Positions 37,761 through 50,911 are shown, counted from the stretch's first letter. The stretch is DNA of 64,000 bases from Hemiscyllium ocellatum (GCF_020745735.1 NC_083405.1:13160913-13224912); one strand, 5' to 3'. Notes: generated by a model not told the origin, from the letters alone. Translations and numbers: made by a program.

Positions 37761-40429
37761 AGGTTTGCTTCTTCTGTGATAGTTACATCTGCATATTAAT
37801 GAAGAAAATTGACTTTAGCACTTACCAAATTCCTCACCATCCGAGCTCTTAAAACCATGGCTGTCCCACTTTACGTTTGGAAGGTTAAAATTTGCAATTA
37901 TTACAATCCTATTATTCTTACGTATAAATACGATCTCTCGACATATTTGTTACTCGATTTCATTCTGACTACAGGGGGGACTATTACAATTGCATCAAAG
38001 TAATCATGCCCTTCTTATTTATGAGTTCCATCCACATAGCTTCACTGGACCATCCCTCAGAAATACCTTGTGTTAGAACAGCAGTAATGTTTCACCACAA
38101 GAAATTTGACTCCAATCTCCTTCTAGCTCTTCCTACTTCTGCTGTACCTTTGATGGTGGGAGGGACTTTGAACATAAATTATTCAATTTACTGGTGATGG
38201 TTAGTAGCTGAAAATAAAGATACTATGGGGGACTTGGTTGATGGGAAATAAAAGGTTATATTGTGTGGAAGGAAAATTCTGGATATAAACAAGAATTTTA
38301 AAAAACGAACTCCATTCTGTCTGCCCAGGTCTTGCCTACACCACTGTACCTCCAGAGTACTTTCCTTTTATTTTGATGAGTTCAGGTTAATCTCACCCGC
38401 TGTTTTGTACTTGTCAACCATTTGTTAACGGGTGTTTGCTGTTTCAGAATGTAGGTTGCCTTATTGTGTACGATCTCAGAGTTCAGTGTTTGGAGTCCTT
38501 GTTGTTCCAACCTGTGCTTTGGTCTCTAATGCAAAATTACAGAAAAATATTAACAGCAATTTAAGGTAAAATGTCAGGATATTGGAAGAACAGCTAAGGG
38601 CATCAAGTTTGACAGAGGGGTTATGGGAAAGGACATGGAAAGCAGCAGGGTTTCCAGAACTTCTGATCTCTGTCTTCTCTGATTGAAATCAACCTGTGAT
38701 TTATCATTTTTGAGGATTGTTATTCATTAATATCAGTGTGTCAGATATATCTCAGTCTCAGGGAGGTGTGACGTGCTTCTTTGTTTTTTGATGAACTCAG
38801 GGGAACATACAATAGTAAGGCGGTAAACCCAAAGGGGTGAAGGAGCAGAGGATCCTCTGTGTGTATGTGCACAAATCAGGGAATGTACCATGACACGTGG
38901 ACAGAAGAGCAAATAAACCCTACTTCATTAAAAACACCGTAGAGAACAAACACAAAGCAATTATGTTAAACTGAAGTAAAACAGTCTCTTGTCTCACCTG
39001 GAATGTTGCGTCTAGTTTCAGGTGCCACGTTTTTGACAAAATGCAAAGTTATGAGATTGGGTGCGTGACTGATTCACAACATTATTCCTGGGATGATACA
39101 CCTCACCAACTCTGAGAAATTGAGAATGTTCTCCTCTGCTGATAGTTTCCAGACACTGTGAAAGTTGCTATGATTGGTTCTCAATTCCGTCTTGTGTCAT
39201 ATAAATCCCAATGGCTGAATATTTCAGGGACTCATGAGCTCTGACTTGCCTGATCAACATCGACCTCTGATTTATTATTCTTGAGGGTTGCTGTTCAGTA
39301 ATATCCCTGTATCAGATAGATCTCAGTCTCATTCCCTGGGATTTGACAGGAGTGGTGTGTCAAATAGATCCCAGGAATTGAGCTCCATGAGATTTATGTG
39401 TGAGAAAAACTCCAGTTCTGAGAATACGCCCTTGGATTGTGCACGTGTTGTTGTCTGACTACCTGACTGAATGTTGCCATTTTTGGCTGATGAATGTTTC
39501 GTTGGGCGTTTTAGGTGGCGAGTTATGCATTACTAACCCAGGCTGTCCGGACATTGGGAGTACATGTAGGTTAGACGGTGTAGAGTAAACTTTCAAACTC
39601 CTTGCCTGCCTTTTATAGGCTTCTGGTGGAGCAAAGCTCCTAATTTGTATCATTACGTGACCCGAGGCCGTGACCCTTGGTGCATAAGAGGAAATGTTCT
39701 CTAATCATTCTGCCTCTGGAGTGTTCCATCAGGCATCATAAGATGCATTTACATTCGTGGGCGGCATGGCAGCGCAACATTAAACTAAATGACTGGATGA
39801 AACACAACCAAACAGAACAAGTGAAAGTATTTGGCTGGGAAAGAAGTAGGATGTGGGAAAATGTATTATTACTGACTGGCCTTGAAGAAAGAATTAAGCA
39901 AACTCAAGGTTAGTGCATATTCATTCGAGATTTATTAACCATTTCAGAAAGCATTTTTATCCAAAAAGTTGATGTAAAAGCTAACAGAAGTGAATATAAT
40001 GACTGGATGCCACACTGAGACGAGAACACATGCACTGTGAGGTGGCAATTTTCTGTACATCAGCAACAGTCACAAGAAAGGGAATACAAAGGCTCATCAG
40101 AAAGGGTAGGCAACCATTCTGAGTAAGGAACAAATAAAAACAAAACAAATGGGCTTCAAACAACTGGGAAGCTACAAATTCTTCCAACCACAACCATCTC
40201 AAAGATATCAAAGTAAAAACAAAAATCCATCAATAATTGTCTCAGTTACACGCTGATAAACTGAAGTGATCTCACTGTTAGAGTCAGCAACAGGGCAGAT
40301 TGTAGATTGGGAATTCAGAAACCTTGATAAGCAGATCAGGAAAATCAAAGGGGTCCACAATTCATTCACTTAACCTAGAAAAGAGAGATAAAGCAATGAC
40401 ATAGATATTTATGATCAGGGACTTGCAGA

Positions 40430-40435
40430 TTTATT
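40430..40435 (-). promoter_or_regulatory. Candidate poly(A) signal (AATAAA) for membrane-form mu mRNA
   Basis: TTTATT on plus, ~20 bp past the TM stop. Confidence 0.5.
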
Positions 40436-40455
40436 CAATGGCACATTTAGAGATT

Positions 40456-40634
40456 TCACAAAACATATTGGGCTGCTTGACGTGAGAAAGATGTGATTAT
40501 TTTCACCTTCACCAGAGTGACGGCAGCGCTGTAGAAAATACTCAGGAAGAACAAGGTGATGAACGTGGAAGCAGTTGTCCAGATGTTGCTGTTATCATCC
40601 TCATAGTCTTCAATCCAAGTGCGATCTATTGAAT
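40456..40634 (-). CDS. IGHM: IgM heavy-chain transmembrane exon (DSIDRTWIEDYEDDNSNIWTTASTFITLFFLSIFYSAAVTLVKVK...)
   Basis: Acceptor TTTATATTCATAG at 40647-40635, phase 1, matches the Cmu4 internal donor. The CART-motif TM is W-TT-STF-LF-LS-YS-VT. It reads through to TGA at 40458-40456, or splices at AAG|GTGAAA after 40507. Confidence 0.93.
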
Positions 40635-41099
40635 CTATGAATATAAAGCCAAGAGAATGCATTTAGATTGTTTATTGATCCAGAAAAATCTATGTGCATC
40701 CAAGTCATGTAATTAGAGACCATTACATCTTCATAAAGCAGTCAGGTATTTCTCAAGTGTGACTCTTATCTGTATCTATTAGTGCATTATTGACTCTCAG
40801 CAAGAAATTACAAATACTAACTGCACATGTTCTTTCTTCATTGTCCATGTCAGAATATTTTAAATTACTTTTTCTTTTAATCTATTATTGAAAGATATTT
40901 TTATTTGAGGAATGCTTATTACGAATGATTATTTTAATTATATCATTATATTTTAAAGATAGGCTGTGACAGCAGTTTAGTTGAAAATTGTGGCTATCAC
41001 TGAATAAAAGTTCAAATGTGATTCTCATCTTTATGTATTGGTGACCAATTGCTTGGCAAATCATGAACATAAGTGACATCACAGTCAGGACATTGCTTC

Positions 41100-42260
41100 A
41101 TATTTTTGTTTGTAGGATCTGTATATTTAGGAATAAGTTTTTGTGCATGTGTCCCTTAATTTATTTGATCTACTGCCTGGTGTGTTTGGTTTTCCTTTAG
41201 TGTTTGTGTATGTGTTTATGAGAGTCTCTTACTTCACTCTTGCCCATGTTGGAGTCTGTGCATGAATAAACATATTCCTGTTCCTTTCCTGCTGGTGTGC
41301 TCATGTGTTTGTGTATGTTAATTTTGGTCTTTTCACATTGTGTCAGCATCATCATGCTAATATGCTACTTTGTTGCTGCCTATGCTTATCTTGCAATGTA
41401 TTTGGGAGTGTTCACTTTTTATTAGTGCTATCTAAAATGTGTGCTTATGTGTCTGTTTCAGATCCTACCTACACTAGGTTATTTTCATGTTTATGCTTAA
41501 TAAATGTTAGCATGCAACGTCATATTTTGATGTATGTTTATATTTATATGATGATGTCTGCTTTTGTGGTAATCTTTCCCACACCATCTACTGAGAAGCT
41601 TGTTTGTGTTATTGTTTGTGGATGCTTGCTGATGCTTGTGCACATTATCCTTATTTAATAAACGCCTCTATATTTGTTGATCTATGCACTTGTGTGTCTG
41701 CATGTTAGACTCTGAATTTGTGTGTACGTGTGACATTGTATACATGCTGATCAATGTGGTTTAAAAATAACTAATTAATCTGCCTCTGTCATCATATGTT
41801 TGTGATTCTGAAAATGGGAAATAATGATATTAATGTTTATCTCTGTGCACTTACGTGCCTGTGTGAGTCAACATGTGGGAGGACATTTTTCAGAATTTGT
41901 ATCTGTGTATTCATGCGTGTATGTCTGTACGCATTATGCTGTATGAATGTATATGCATTCATGTCCATTTGTGTGTTAGCATGTGTCTATGTTTCTCATG
42001 GTTATGTGTGAGTACCCCTGTTCATTTGTGCAAATGCTTTTCTTTTGGTGTATGTGAGTTTTTGTAAGAGTTTAGGTTAGTGTTCAAGTACCACTTGCAT
42101 GTGTGGCTCTGTGCGAGTATGCGTGTGTGATGTCTTATCTATATGCACATTTGAGTGTGCACATAAATATGTGTCTTTAGGTGAGAGCCTGTATATGCGT
42201 CTTTGCGTGTGTATTTGTGATCATCTCTCTGTGTCTGTGTGTGTTTCTGCTCTTTTACCA
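41100..42260. repeat. Degenerate (TG)-rich low-complexity tract in the Cmu4-TM intron
   Basis: Dense TGTG/TATG runs; the Cys/Val/Met-rich ORFs here are compositional artefacts. Confidence 0.75.
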
Positions 42261-43358
42261 GGCTGCAAGTTTTATTATTCTAATTTTATTGTTCTAATTT
42301 TAATGGATTGCCTACAATTCGATCTGACCTCGGTGTTGTAGGAAACATTTCCCATCGTCGTGGAGAGATAAGCGTTTTATGAGCAACTCTTCTGTTGCAA
42401 TGATTGAATTTCTGTCTCTGAGACAAAAGGCCTGAGTTCAAATCCCTACTGCCTCAGAGATAACATTTCTGAATATGTCTACTTGTGTTCTGTATGTGAA
42501 ACAAAATGATATCAAGTATTCGATACCAGAATTGATCCCATGTACTCCAGAAAACTGACACAAAACCGGGAATTCAAAATGGGACGATGTAAACACCAGT
42601 TTTGGATTATGGGAATCAATGTTAATCATTTGTTAACAGAGCCGAGCGTATCCAACATGCTTCAAAGGTATTATTTTGCATGGAAATGTTAAATCTTTGG
42701 ACAGTAAGCAAGAAGCTGACTGTTCCTGTTAGCAACTGGGTTACATTACAGAGGACATCTACCATGAAAACTCTTCACAGGGAGCAAGAGGACCGACCAT
42801 TCATCGTTTCCCTCCCCTCTGCTCCACACCAACTTATCTGTCGATTCTCTTTGGTGTGAAAGTGAAGCTACATTCAGTCAACTCACGCGCTGGTGCAAGA
42901 TCCCTGGCAGTTCCCCAGAAACAAAGGTTACATTCAAACTGCTCTGCACTCTCTACGATTGGTATATTCCAAACAAATTTAATTTTAAAGTGTCTTAAAT
43001 TTACATTTCCAATTGGTGCAATGTAGCAGTTTAAAACTGACATGAATTTTGTAAGAATGTCCAATCAGGGAAATCAAGAACGCCAAGTTCAAAACTCATG
43101 CTCTACCCTTGACATAAAATGGACATTGTCAGATTTTGTCACAGAGGGATTTAGGATGGGTAAGGGACTTGGCGCAAGCCTGCAATGAGTGAGCTTTACT
43201 CTGTCTCTGACCCAGGGTGTATCTGAGCAGAGAACATTAACTGCACAAGACACTCGTCCTAGACCTGTTAATAATCCACTTTAACTACACAGATGGAGTA
43301 AATCAGAGTGAGAAACAACTAATTCAGTATTTCACTCACAACTGGAGGAAAAAAAAAC

Positions 43359-43364
43359 TTTATT
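43359..43364 (-). promoter_or_regulatory. Candidate poly(A) signal for secreted mu mRNA (a second AATAAA overlaps the stop at 43400-43405)
   Basis: TTTATT on plus at 43359-43364 and 43400-43405. Confidence 0.55.
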
Positions 43365-43400
43365 ACTTTTGTTGAATTATTAAATGCAACTTTGAGATTT

Positions 43401-43792
43401 TTATTGACATGAATTAACAGTGTCCATCAGTGCAAGTGAAATGTTTACGAAACTCGGTTTACCGCTGGATTTATCGACTGTTCTGTTGATGATCTTCAAA
43501 GGAATCGCTTCATGTCCCACCACACAGGAGTAAGAAGCACCGCTGGCCCACTCCTCCGCTGTAATGGATAACAGGCTGTAGATGAAGAAGGAGGTGTTGT
43601 CACTCTCCGCCATCACCTCGGTGTTCTTGTAGTTACTGGGATTCACCTGCTTGTCATTGTTTGTCCACTTGACGAAGATCTCTCGGGGGGAGAAGCCTCT
43701 CACTAAACAGGTGAGGGAGAGAAACCTCTGAGCGGAGATTTCTTCTGTTGGTGGCAGGAGGACCGACACTGATGGCTCCAGCGGATTAATCA
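43401..43792 (-). CDS. IGHM: IgM Cmu4 exon + secretory tailpiece (…[26 protein letters not shown])
   Basis: Acceptor TTCTGCAG ends at 43793. C1-set motifs [16 protein letters not shown]. The tailpiece has the NIS sequon and penultimate Cys. The internal donor AGCG|GTAAA after 43463 serves the TM form. Confidence 0.97.
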
Positions 43793-44245
43793 CTGCAGAA
43801 TATTTGAGACAAATATAAATCAACCAAAAACATCCTGAACCAATATCACAATTACACTAAATATTAAAATACACCATTTTAATTTGGGATTTATTCACTT
43901 TCGTTTTCTAAAGGAGCAGTATGGTACACATTCTGTTCAGTAAAAAAATTAAGTTTAATGTGAAAGTTGCCTCCATGTTTCCAGCCCACAACAAGGGCAT
44001 TCTGTCCAATTGTCATTGCTGATGGTGACGTCACAACCCAGGCTTCTTCCCACCTTATCTGACTTAATCAGAATACAATATCCTTTGGTCAGTCTTCTCC
44101 TTAATCAGCTACTTAGCTATCCTGCCTTCAGATGCATCATTAATGCTCCCAACGGTGTTTGTTCATTACCAATCAAAGCCTGCCATTGATGTAACTGGAT
44201 CTGGATTACGCATGGGATCCTTTGTGTTTTAATCTCACCGCTTAC

Positions 44246-44554
44246 CTTTCTCCTTGTGGATGGAATCTCTCAGCGGAGTTGGTAGATTCTGATGGTACAC
44301 CACACATTCAAAAGTAACGCCACTCAGCCAGGCTTCAGTCGAAATGTCTAATTTGCTGATCACGCTGTCGGGATTCTGTCCAGGCTGGTCAGCAATCTCT
44401 GATTTCAGAGGCTTCTTTTCTTGTTTCCAGGTCACGTTGACTCCAGAAGGAAGATTGGACACAACGCAGGTCAACGTCACCGTCGCCTCCAGTAAGACTT
44501 GTTCTACTGGTGGTGGGAGGATTTTAACGGTGTTAGGGTGGCACTCGGTATCTT
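44246..44554 (-). CDS. IGHM: IgM Cmu3 exon (309 bp)
   Basis: Acceptor TTTTGTTTCATAG, donor G|GTAAGC. Translation [32 protein letters not shown]...W...[22 protein letters not shown]. Confidence 0.97.
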
Positions 44555-45822
44555 CTATGAAACAAAAATCAAAGTCAATGAAAAATGCCCCTTTATGACA
44601 CAAACACCCAACCTTCAGATTACTTCTTCACAGGGTGAAGACACCACCTTCAAAATGGCAATTCCAACCATTGCTGAAACGATGCTTACTATTGTTGATG
44701 TATTTTGATTTGTGAAAGCATTTGTGATTACCTATAACATACCCTGTGTCATTATTCCTAAAGAACACTGGCTTTGTAACAAGTGACACCTGTGAAAAAA
44801 GTAAAATCATCGAAGATACCATTATGTAACCCATGGAATTACCTTTCTTTCAGAGTTTGTCTCTCACTTAAGACCATCTATTTATACTTGTGACAAGAGT
44901 AATCTGAATATAATGGGTTCAATTCCATGTTCATAACCCTTAGGTGCAACTGTTGCTGGTCACGCTGACTGCCAAATCACATCACAAATTTTGGACAAAT
45001 TATAATAAATAATAATTATTCTCTTCGCAGAGTTCTAAAGTGTTACAGGAGCGGTGAATATCCATGGAAATTCTGTTCATTATATTTAACGTGATCAAAA
45101 ATACTTTGCGTTATTGGTGTGATGTCATTCTCTAATTTATGTCATTGTTCCTTGTGGGTTGTGTTTGGAGTAGATCTGAAAACAAGGCACTGAGTACAGC
45201 ATTGGATATCGAGAAGGACACCCATCTCCTTAAGTCTTTCCCTCCATTCAGTTAGGTCATGACTGGTCTGTACTTTCACTTTATTTACCAAGCTGCATTT
45301 TTTAATTTCTTCATAGAGCAGGGGAGAAAAAAAAACAAACAAAAGCATCTTAAATTAATCTACAAATGTGATGGAAATGTACACTAATTTTATAGACATC
45401 CACTACCCACCGTGTAAACATCGCCACCCCAAACCAGGCTAAATCACCCTGTCTCAAGTTCCTAGTTCATTCTTCCTATTGTAGCATTCTTACCAGAATT
45501 TATTCTCCTGCCTCATCCACTAATTACAGAGAGCATCTTAAAGAAGCTCAGTGAGATCACGTTTATCCCAGTTCATCAAATGTGACACCCACTTGGTCTG
45601 TGGTCTGATCCCATAAATGAGTTTAAAGAGCTCAGTACCAGATAAAAATCAATGTCATACAATGTCCAAGGCCAACAGATCATTCCTGATCAGGGAATGA
45701 AGCATTGAACGCGTTTTGATTTATTTTCAAGTAAGGGTCACTGCATATTTTAACCACGTGATTTTGAGACCACAACATCATAAGATAGAGGATCAGAATA
45801 AGGCTGTTCGGCCAATCCAGAG

Positions 45823-45910
45823 TTTAGATCAGAATGATGCTGGAAAAGCACAGCAGGTCAGGCAGCAACCGACGAGCAGGAAAATTGACATTTCGGGCTA
45901 AAGCCATTCT
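45823..45910 (-). mobile_element. Short Penelope-derived pLTR remnant
   Basis: Minus strand TTAGCCCGAAATGTCAATTTTCCTGCTC..GCTGCCTGACCTGCTGTGCTTTTCCAGC. Confidence 0.65.
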
Positions 45911-46524
45911 ACTGTCTTCTCCCCACACTAAACAAGAGCCGATCTATTTCTGGCTTGAACATACACAATGGCCTGGTCTCCACAGCCCTCTGCAGCAACA
46001 AGTTCCACAGATTCATCACCCACTGGCTGAAGAAATTCCTCCCCATCTCAGTTCTAAACGGTGCCCCTTTAACCCTGAGACTGTGCCCTTGGGTCCTAGT
46101 CTCACCTACCAGTCAAAACATCTATTCCACGTTCACTCGACCTCAGTCTCTCAGTATTTTTTATGTTTCAATTAGATATCTCTCCTATATCCCTCCTCCA
46201 CCCCCAAACTTATCCTTGAAGCCATTACCAGGCAGGGATTCAGCACTCTGAATGCCTCTCCCAGCATGGTCAGGCAACAAACTATTTAACAAAGCTCACT
46301 GTCTATATATCTATCTTCAACAGAAGGGAAACATGCTTTTCTGACTTGCCAAAATGTTGAATTATGAACAATGTTAATATAACACTCAAAACTGAAATGA
46401 GATACGTGACATGTTGGGAAACGAGAAGCCGTACCGTGCTGTTTACTACGTCTGATAAATTAGTGTGCTTGATTCACATCAGAGTTCAGAGTGATTTGTA
46501 GCTCTCTCAGTATGTGTCTCTTAC

Positions 46525-46836
46525 CCTGGAGTGCGGTGATGTTTTTACTTTGAATGTTGTCTTCATGAGTGACCTGGCAGGTATAGACTGCGCTGTTGTA
46601 CCATTCACCATAAGGGACCATCAGCCGACTCGTCACAGAGAAGTTCCCGTTCGCCTCACACACGGGAGACGTGAAGAAACCAGAATTCAAGCGTCGGCCA
46701 TTTTTCAACCAATTCACGGAGATTGACTTCGGATGGAAATCGATGATTGAACAGACAATGGTTGCAAACTTGCTGCTTGCGATTTCTTCACTGGAGCTCA
46801 CAGTTAGGAGAAGAGTTGGTGGGAGAGGGCCTGTAC
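46525..46836 (-). CDS. IGHM: IgM Cmu2 exon (312 bp)
   Basis: Acceptor GTGTTTCCTAAAG, donor G|GTAAGA. Translation [19 protein letters not shown]...[21 protein letters not shown]...YTCQVTH. Confidence 0.97.
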
Positions 46837-46999
46837 CTTTAGGAAACACATCGCATAAATTATCTGATGAATTTCATAACAAATACAATCAATTCTCATA
46901 TATCAAGGATTCTTGTGGTTAATGGATACAAGAATCATTATTGTGCAGAGTGCTGGAAAAGCTGGGATCCACACAGAAAGATCATCAGGACAATGTGAA

Positions 47000-49900
47000 A
47001 GGCTAAAATTATAAGACAAGCAAGGGAGTCAAGGAGGCGTAGAAACTATAGGCCGGTAGCATCAGAAGGGAGATAGCAACGTTGGATGGTATTCGTTTTA
47101 ATGACAGAGTCTGATGAACAAGGCAGATGAATTACCGGCATAAATGAGGAAATGATGCAGTTGCTATCACGGAGACATATTGAGAGCCGTGCAGGAGTGG
47201 CTGTTCAATATTCCAGGATTTAGTGCCTTCAGGCGAGACAGGGAAAGATGGAAAAGGATGGGGGCGGGGGTGTGCGGTACAGAATGTTGCTTCTGTCGCA
47301 ATTCTGACAAGAATATTTTAGGCAGTAAAGAGAAGTGAAATCATGGATACCTCCTCGAACAAAGGCAAATGGACAGTACTTCAAAACCAAAATACAGCAA
47401 ACATAACTACTGGGAGAGCACGATAGACCTTACTATAGGTCCAAAAGACCAAGTGCAAATACATGGGCAAATTTCAGAGAAATGTTAATTAAATTGGGGA
47501 ATGAGAAAAGAGGTTTTTAACTTCCTCAGCATAGGCACGGATATTCATTGTGTCAAAAGTTTAGAGGGAGCACAATTTTGAAAATGCCCGTAGGAGAATA
47601 TTTTAACAAAGCATGTGTTAATACAGAGAATTTTAATCCAGACCTTGCAAGAGAGGGGTGAACCTGAACTTAACTTTAGGGAATGAAGTCGACCCAGTGG
47701 GTAAAACATCAATGGTGGTGCACTTTGCAGACAGTGATCGTAAATCAGTTGGATTTCAGATTGTACTGCAAAGGAATAGAAATTGGCCAAAAGTTCTGAA
47801 AAGGGGAAGGACAATTTTAGTAAGATCAGGTAATGACTAAACCAGAGTGAACTGGAAGCTGACACTTATTGGTAAATCTGAGTCAGAGCAGTGTGACACA
47901 TTTAAGGAAGAGATAGGAAAATCACAGGGAGGACATTTCCCAGGAAGCCACTGAATGGGACTAAGAATGTAGCGGGCTCTGGACACCAAAGGGCATAGAG
48001 GGTGAGATAAAGAGAAACAAGGGAGGCTTCCGGTCTATACTGAAATCTCAAAACAATAGAAATTAGTACGGAGTACAGCACGTGCAAGGGGGAGTTTGAA
48101 AGACAAAGGAATTAGAAGAGCAAAAGGGACCATGAGAAAATAATAGCAGTCAAAATAAAGGAAAATATTTTTAAAAGCTACAGGCTCATTCATAATAAAA
48201 GAATTATTCGGGAAACAGTAATGCCCATAAGTGTTATTATTGGAGTGGAGCCGAAGGATTAGGTTGTGGTCAAAATGAATGTATTGTGTCAGTGTTCACT
48301 AGTAAGACGGACAATGTGGGGACAGAAATCATGGAGGGGTGTTGTGATGTACTTTCAGAAATTAGGGCACACGATGTGATGTTCTGTGTTGTCTTGCTGA
48401 ATGAAAAGTGGTTATATTTCCAGGGCAGATGAAAAGTTATACCAAGCGGTTGAGCGATGCAAAGGATGAAATAGTTGGGTCGCTGACAATAATTTAGAAT
48501 TACTGTCTGGCCACAGCAGTTGTGCCAAGTGAGTGTAGATCAGCCAATGTTGCACTGTTACGCAGGACAAAGGAAAGGATAAATAATGAAAACACTGATC
48601 TGTCAAGCTAGTCTTAGTGGTAGGGAAAGTATTGAGAAGTGGGCGGCACGGTGGCACAGTGGTTAGCACTGCTGCCTCACAGCGCCTGAGACCCGGGTTC
48701 AATTCCCGACTCAGGCGACTGACTGTGTGGAGTTTGCACGTTCTCCCCGTGTCTGCGTGGGTTTCCTCCGGGTGCTCCGGTTTCCTCCCACACTCCAAAA
48801 ATGTGCGGGTCAGGTGAATTGGCCATGCTAAATTGCCCGTAGTGGTAGGTAAGGGGTAAATGTAGGGGTATGGGTGGGTTTCGCTTCGGCGGGTCGGTGT
48901 GGACTTGTTGGGCCGAAGGGCCTGTTTCCACACTGTAAGTCTAATCTAAAAAAAGTGAAATTAGTCTTCATTTGGAAGATAAATCAACAATTTTCAGCAT
49001 GGTTTTATTGAGAGGAAGTCATGTGTAACAATTTGATAGTAGTTTTCAGAGAGATAACTCGATGTCCAGATGATAGCAATAATCAGAGCCAATGGGATCC
49101 GAATTAATTTGACAGATTGGATCTAGAACTGGCTGAGCGATGGGAGCAGGGGATAATAGTCATCGGGTATCTGCGTGACTGGAAATCTATGTCTCCTGGT
49201 GTTCTGTAGGGATTGGTGTTGATTTCCTTGCTATTTCTCTTACATACCAATGATTGAGACTCAAATTTAGGAGGATTAACCAGTGAATTCACAGATGAAA
49301 TGAAAACTGTCATGTTGGTAAGTCATGAGCATTATGGCTTTAGATTGCAGGAGGATATAAAAGGGTTGGTTGTATGTGAAGAGAAATCGCAAATGGGAAT
49401 TATTCTGGATAAATGTAAGGTGATGTAATTCGGCAGAAGAATCTGTGAGGTATGACGTTTTGAATGGTGGAACCCTGGCAAGGCCTGAGGATCTTTGGTG
49501 CATGTACCCACCGATCCCCTATAGTATTGTGTCGTCTGGATAAAGAGACTAGGAAAGTGTGAGCGCACATTTGCTTTTATTAGCCTAGACATTGACAATG
49601 AAGAGTAGGGAAATGATACTGGAACTTAATAGAACACTGGTTAGGCCATACTGAAGTGTTGTGTGCATGTTATCGAAGGAATGTGATTACACTGAAGGCA
49701 GTATCGATGGGATTTGCCAGGAACTTGCCTGGGTTGGAGTGTTTTAGTTATGAAACTAGATGAGATAGACAGGGGTTTTCCTTGGAGCAGAGGAGAATTA
49801 GGAAGAAGATGATCATGATGTCTAGAATTATTTTAGGCATAGACTGGGTAAACTGGATGAAACCTTTCCCCTTGATGGAGAGATCAATGCCTCAGGGGCA

Positions 49901-50175
49901 CAGGGTGAAGGTAAGGCCAGGAGGTTCCAAGAGGACCTCAGGGAAAACAAAATCAAACAGAGGGTGGTGTTAGCCTGGAGCTCAGCACCTATAAGTCATG
50001 TAGAAACTGAACCCCTCATAATAAGTATGAAGTATTGAGATGCATCCTTGCAAGGGCAAGTCACACAAGGCAATGGATCATGTGCTGGCACATGAGACTG
50101 GAATAGTTAGGTGGCTGTTATTGATAGGTGTGAACTGGATGGATCAAAGGGCCTTTTTCCTGTGCTGTATAAGGT
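47000..50175 (+). mobile_element. Long decayed CR1 LINE (endonuclease through 3' tail), antisense within the Cmu1-Cmu2 intron, interrupted by a SINE
   Basis: APE-like start (AATGACAGAGTCTGATGAACAAGGCAGATGAA), RT-region remnants and a tail GGGCCTTTTTCCTGTGCTGTA at ~50150-50170; many stops and indels. Confidence 0.75.
48641..48954 (+). mobile_element. Young full-length HE1-type SINE nested in the CR1
   Basis: Nearly identical to the 28741 and 33868 copies; A/B boxes intact. Confidence 0.92.
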
Positions 50176-50258
50176 AATTCTGTGAAAATGGTTATAAATA
50201 ATGCCTTATTCATATTAATCCCAGATGCTCTGTTTACCTCAGTTCCCACAATACGTAC

Positions 50259-50564
50259 CTGGACATGGCATTTCTTTGCTCTTGTGTGACCCGCTGTGTT
50301 GAACCTCACAGTAGATTTTGCTGGGGCAATCTACCACTGACCCGGGCAGGGTTAACTGGCTGCTCAGGGTGTAGGTTCCCTTCTTGTTTCTCACTGATGG
50401 GTAAGTCTTCAATCCAGTCGTGATTAGCTCCCCACCTTTCTTCCAGGTTACCTTGGTGACGTCAGGGGAATAGTCCATCACCAAGCAACCAAAGATTGCA
50501 GAACCAGTGTTGTGTTCCTCACAAGAGGAGACCAGGCCATAAAGTGTGGGGGGAGATGGTGTCT
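50259..50564 (-). CDS. IGHM: IgM Cmu1 exon (306 bp)
   Basis: Acceptor ATTCTATTGTAG, donor G|GTACGT. Translation [15 protein letters not shown]...[10 protein letters not shown]...TWKK...[22 protein letters not shown]...KIYCEV, typical of shark Cmu1. Confidence 0.97.
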
Positions 50565-50911
50565 CTACAATAGAATGATCAATTGAGCATGTTAGTTTCT
50601 GTTAATTTGACCGTATCAGTTTCTCAAATGTATCCTCAGCTGTAAACGTTTGCCAGTATGCTCCCGCTGAAGTCTACAGCATAACTGGAGTTTATTTTTG
50701 TTTCATACCAGTTGCTGATCATGATCATCGGTTCCCTCTTTAGAAACATGCCCTCGACCTTGACCATTGCCATATAATTTAGGAAGACGAACATCCTGAT
50801 CCCACCCCAGTAACTGTTTGAAGATCTCACCAACTGACACTTTCACTGGATTGCTGTGAAGAGCAGAGAAGTTTCACAAAATACAAACCAAGGAAATGCA
50901 GATTGATCGAA

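Noticed and set aside
38980-39005. CAG|GTG AGA on minus as a possible TM2 exon
   Set aside because: Weak acceptor, and it encodes VRQ... rather than VK-stop.
41305-42341. Cys/Val-rich ORFs between Cmu4 and TM as extra Ig exons
   Set aside because: They are translations of degenerate TG repeats with no Ig-fold motifs.
44026-44033. Perfect CRE palindrome TGACGTCA in the Cmu3-Cmu4 intron
   Set aside because: A single 8-mer is about chance level in 64 kb; the other occurrence (50457-50464) is coding.
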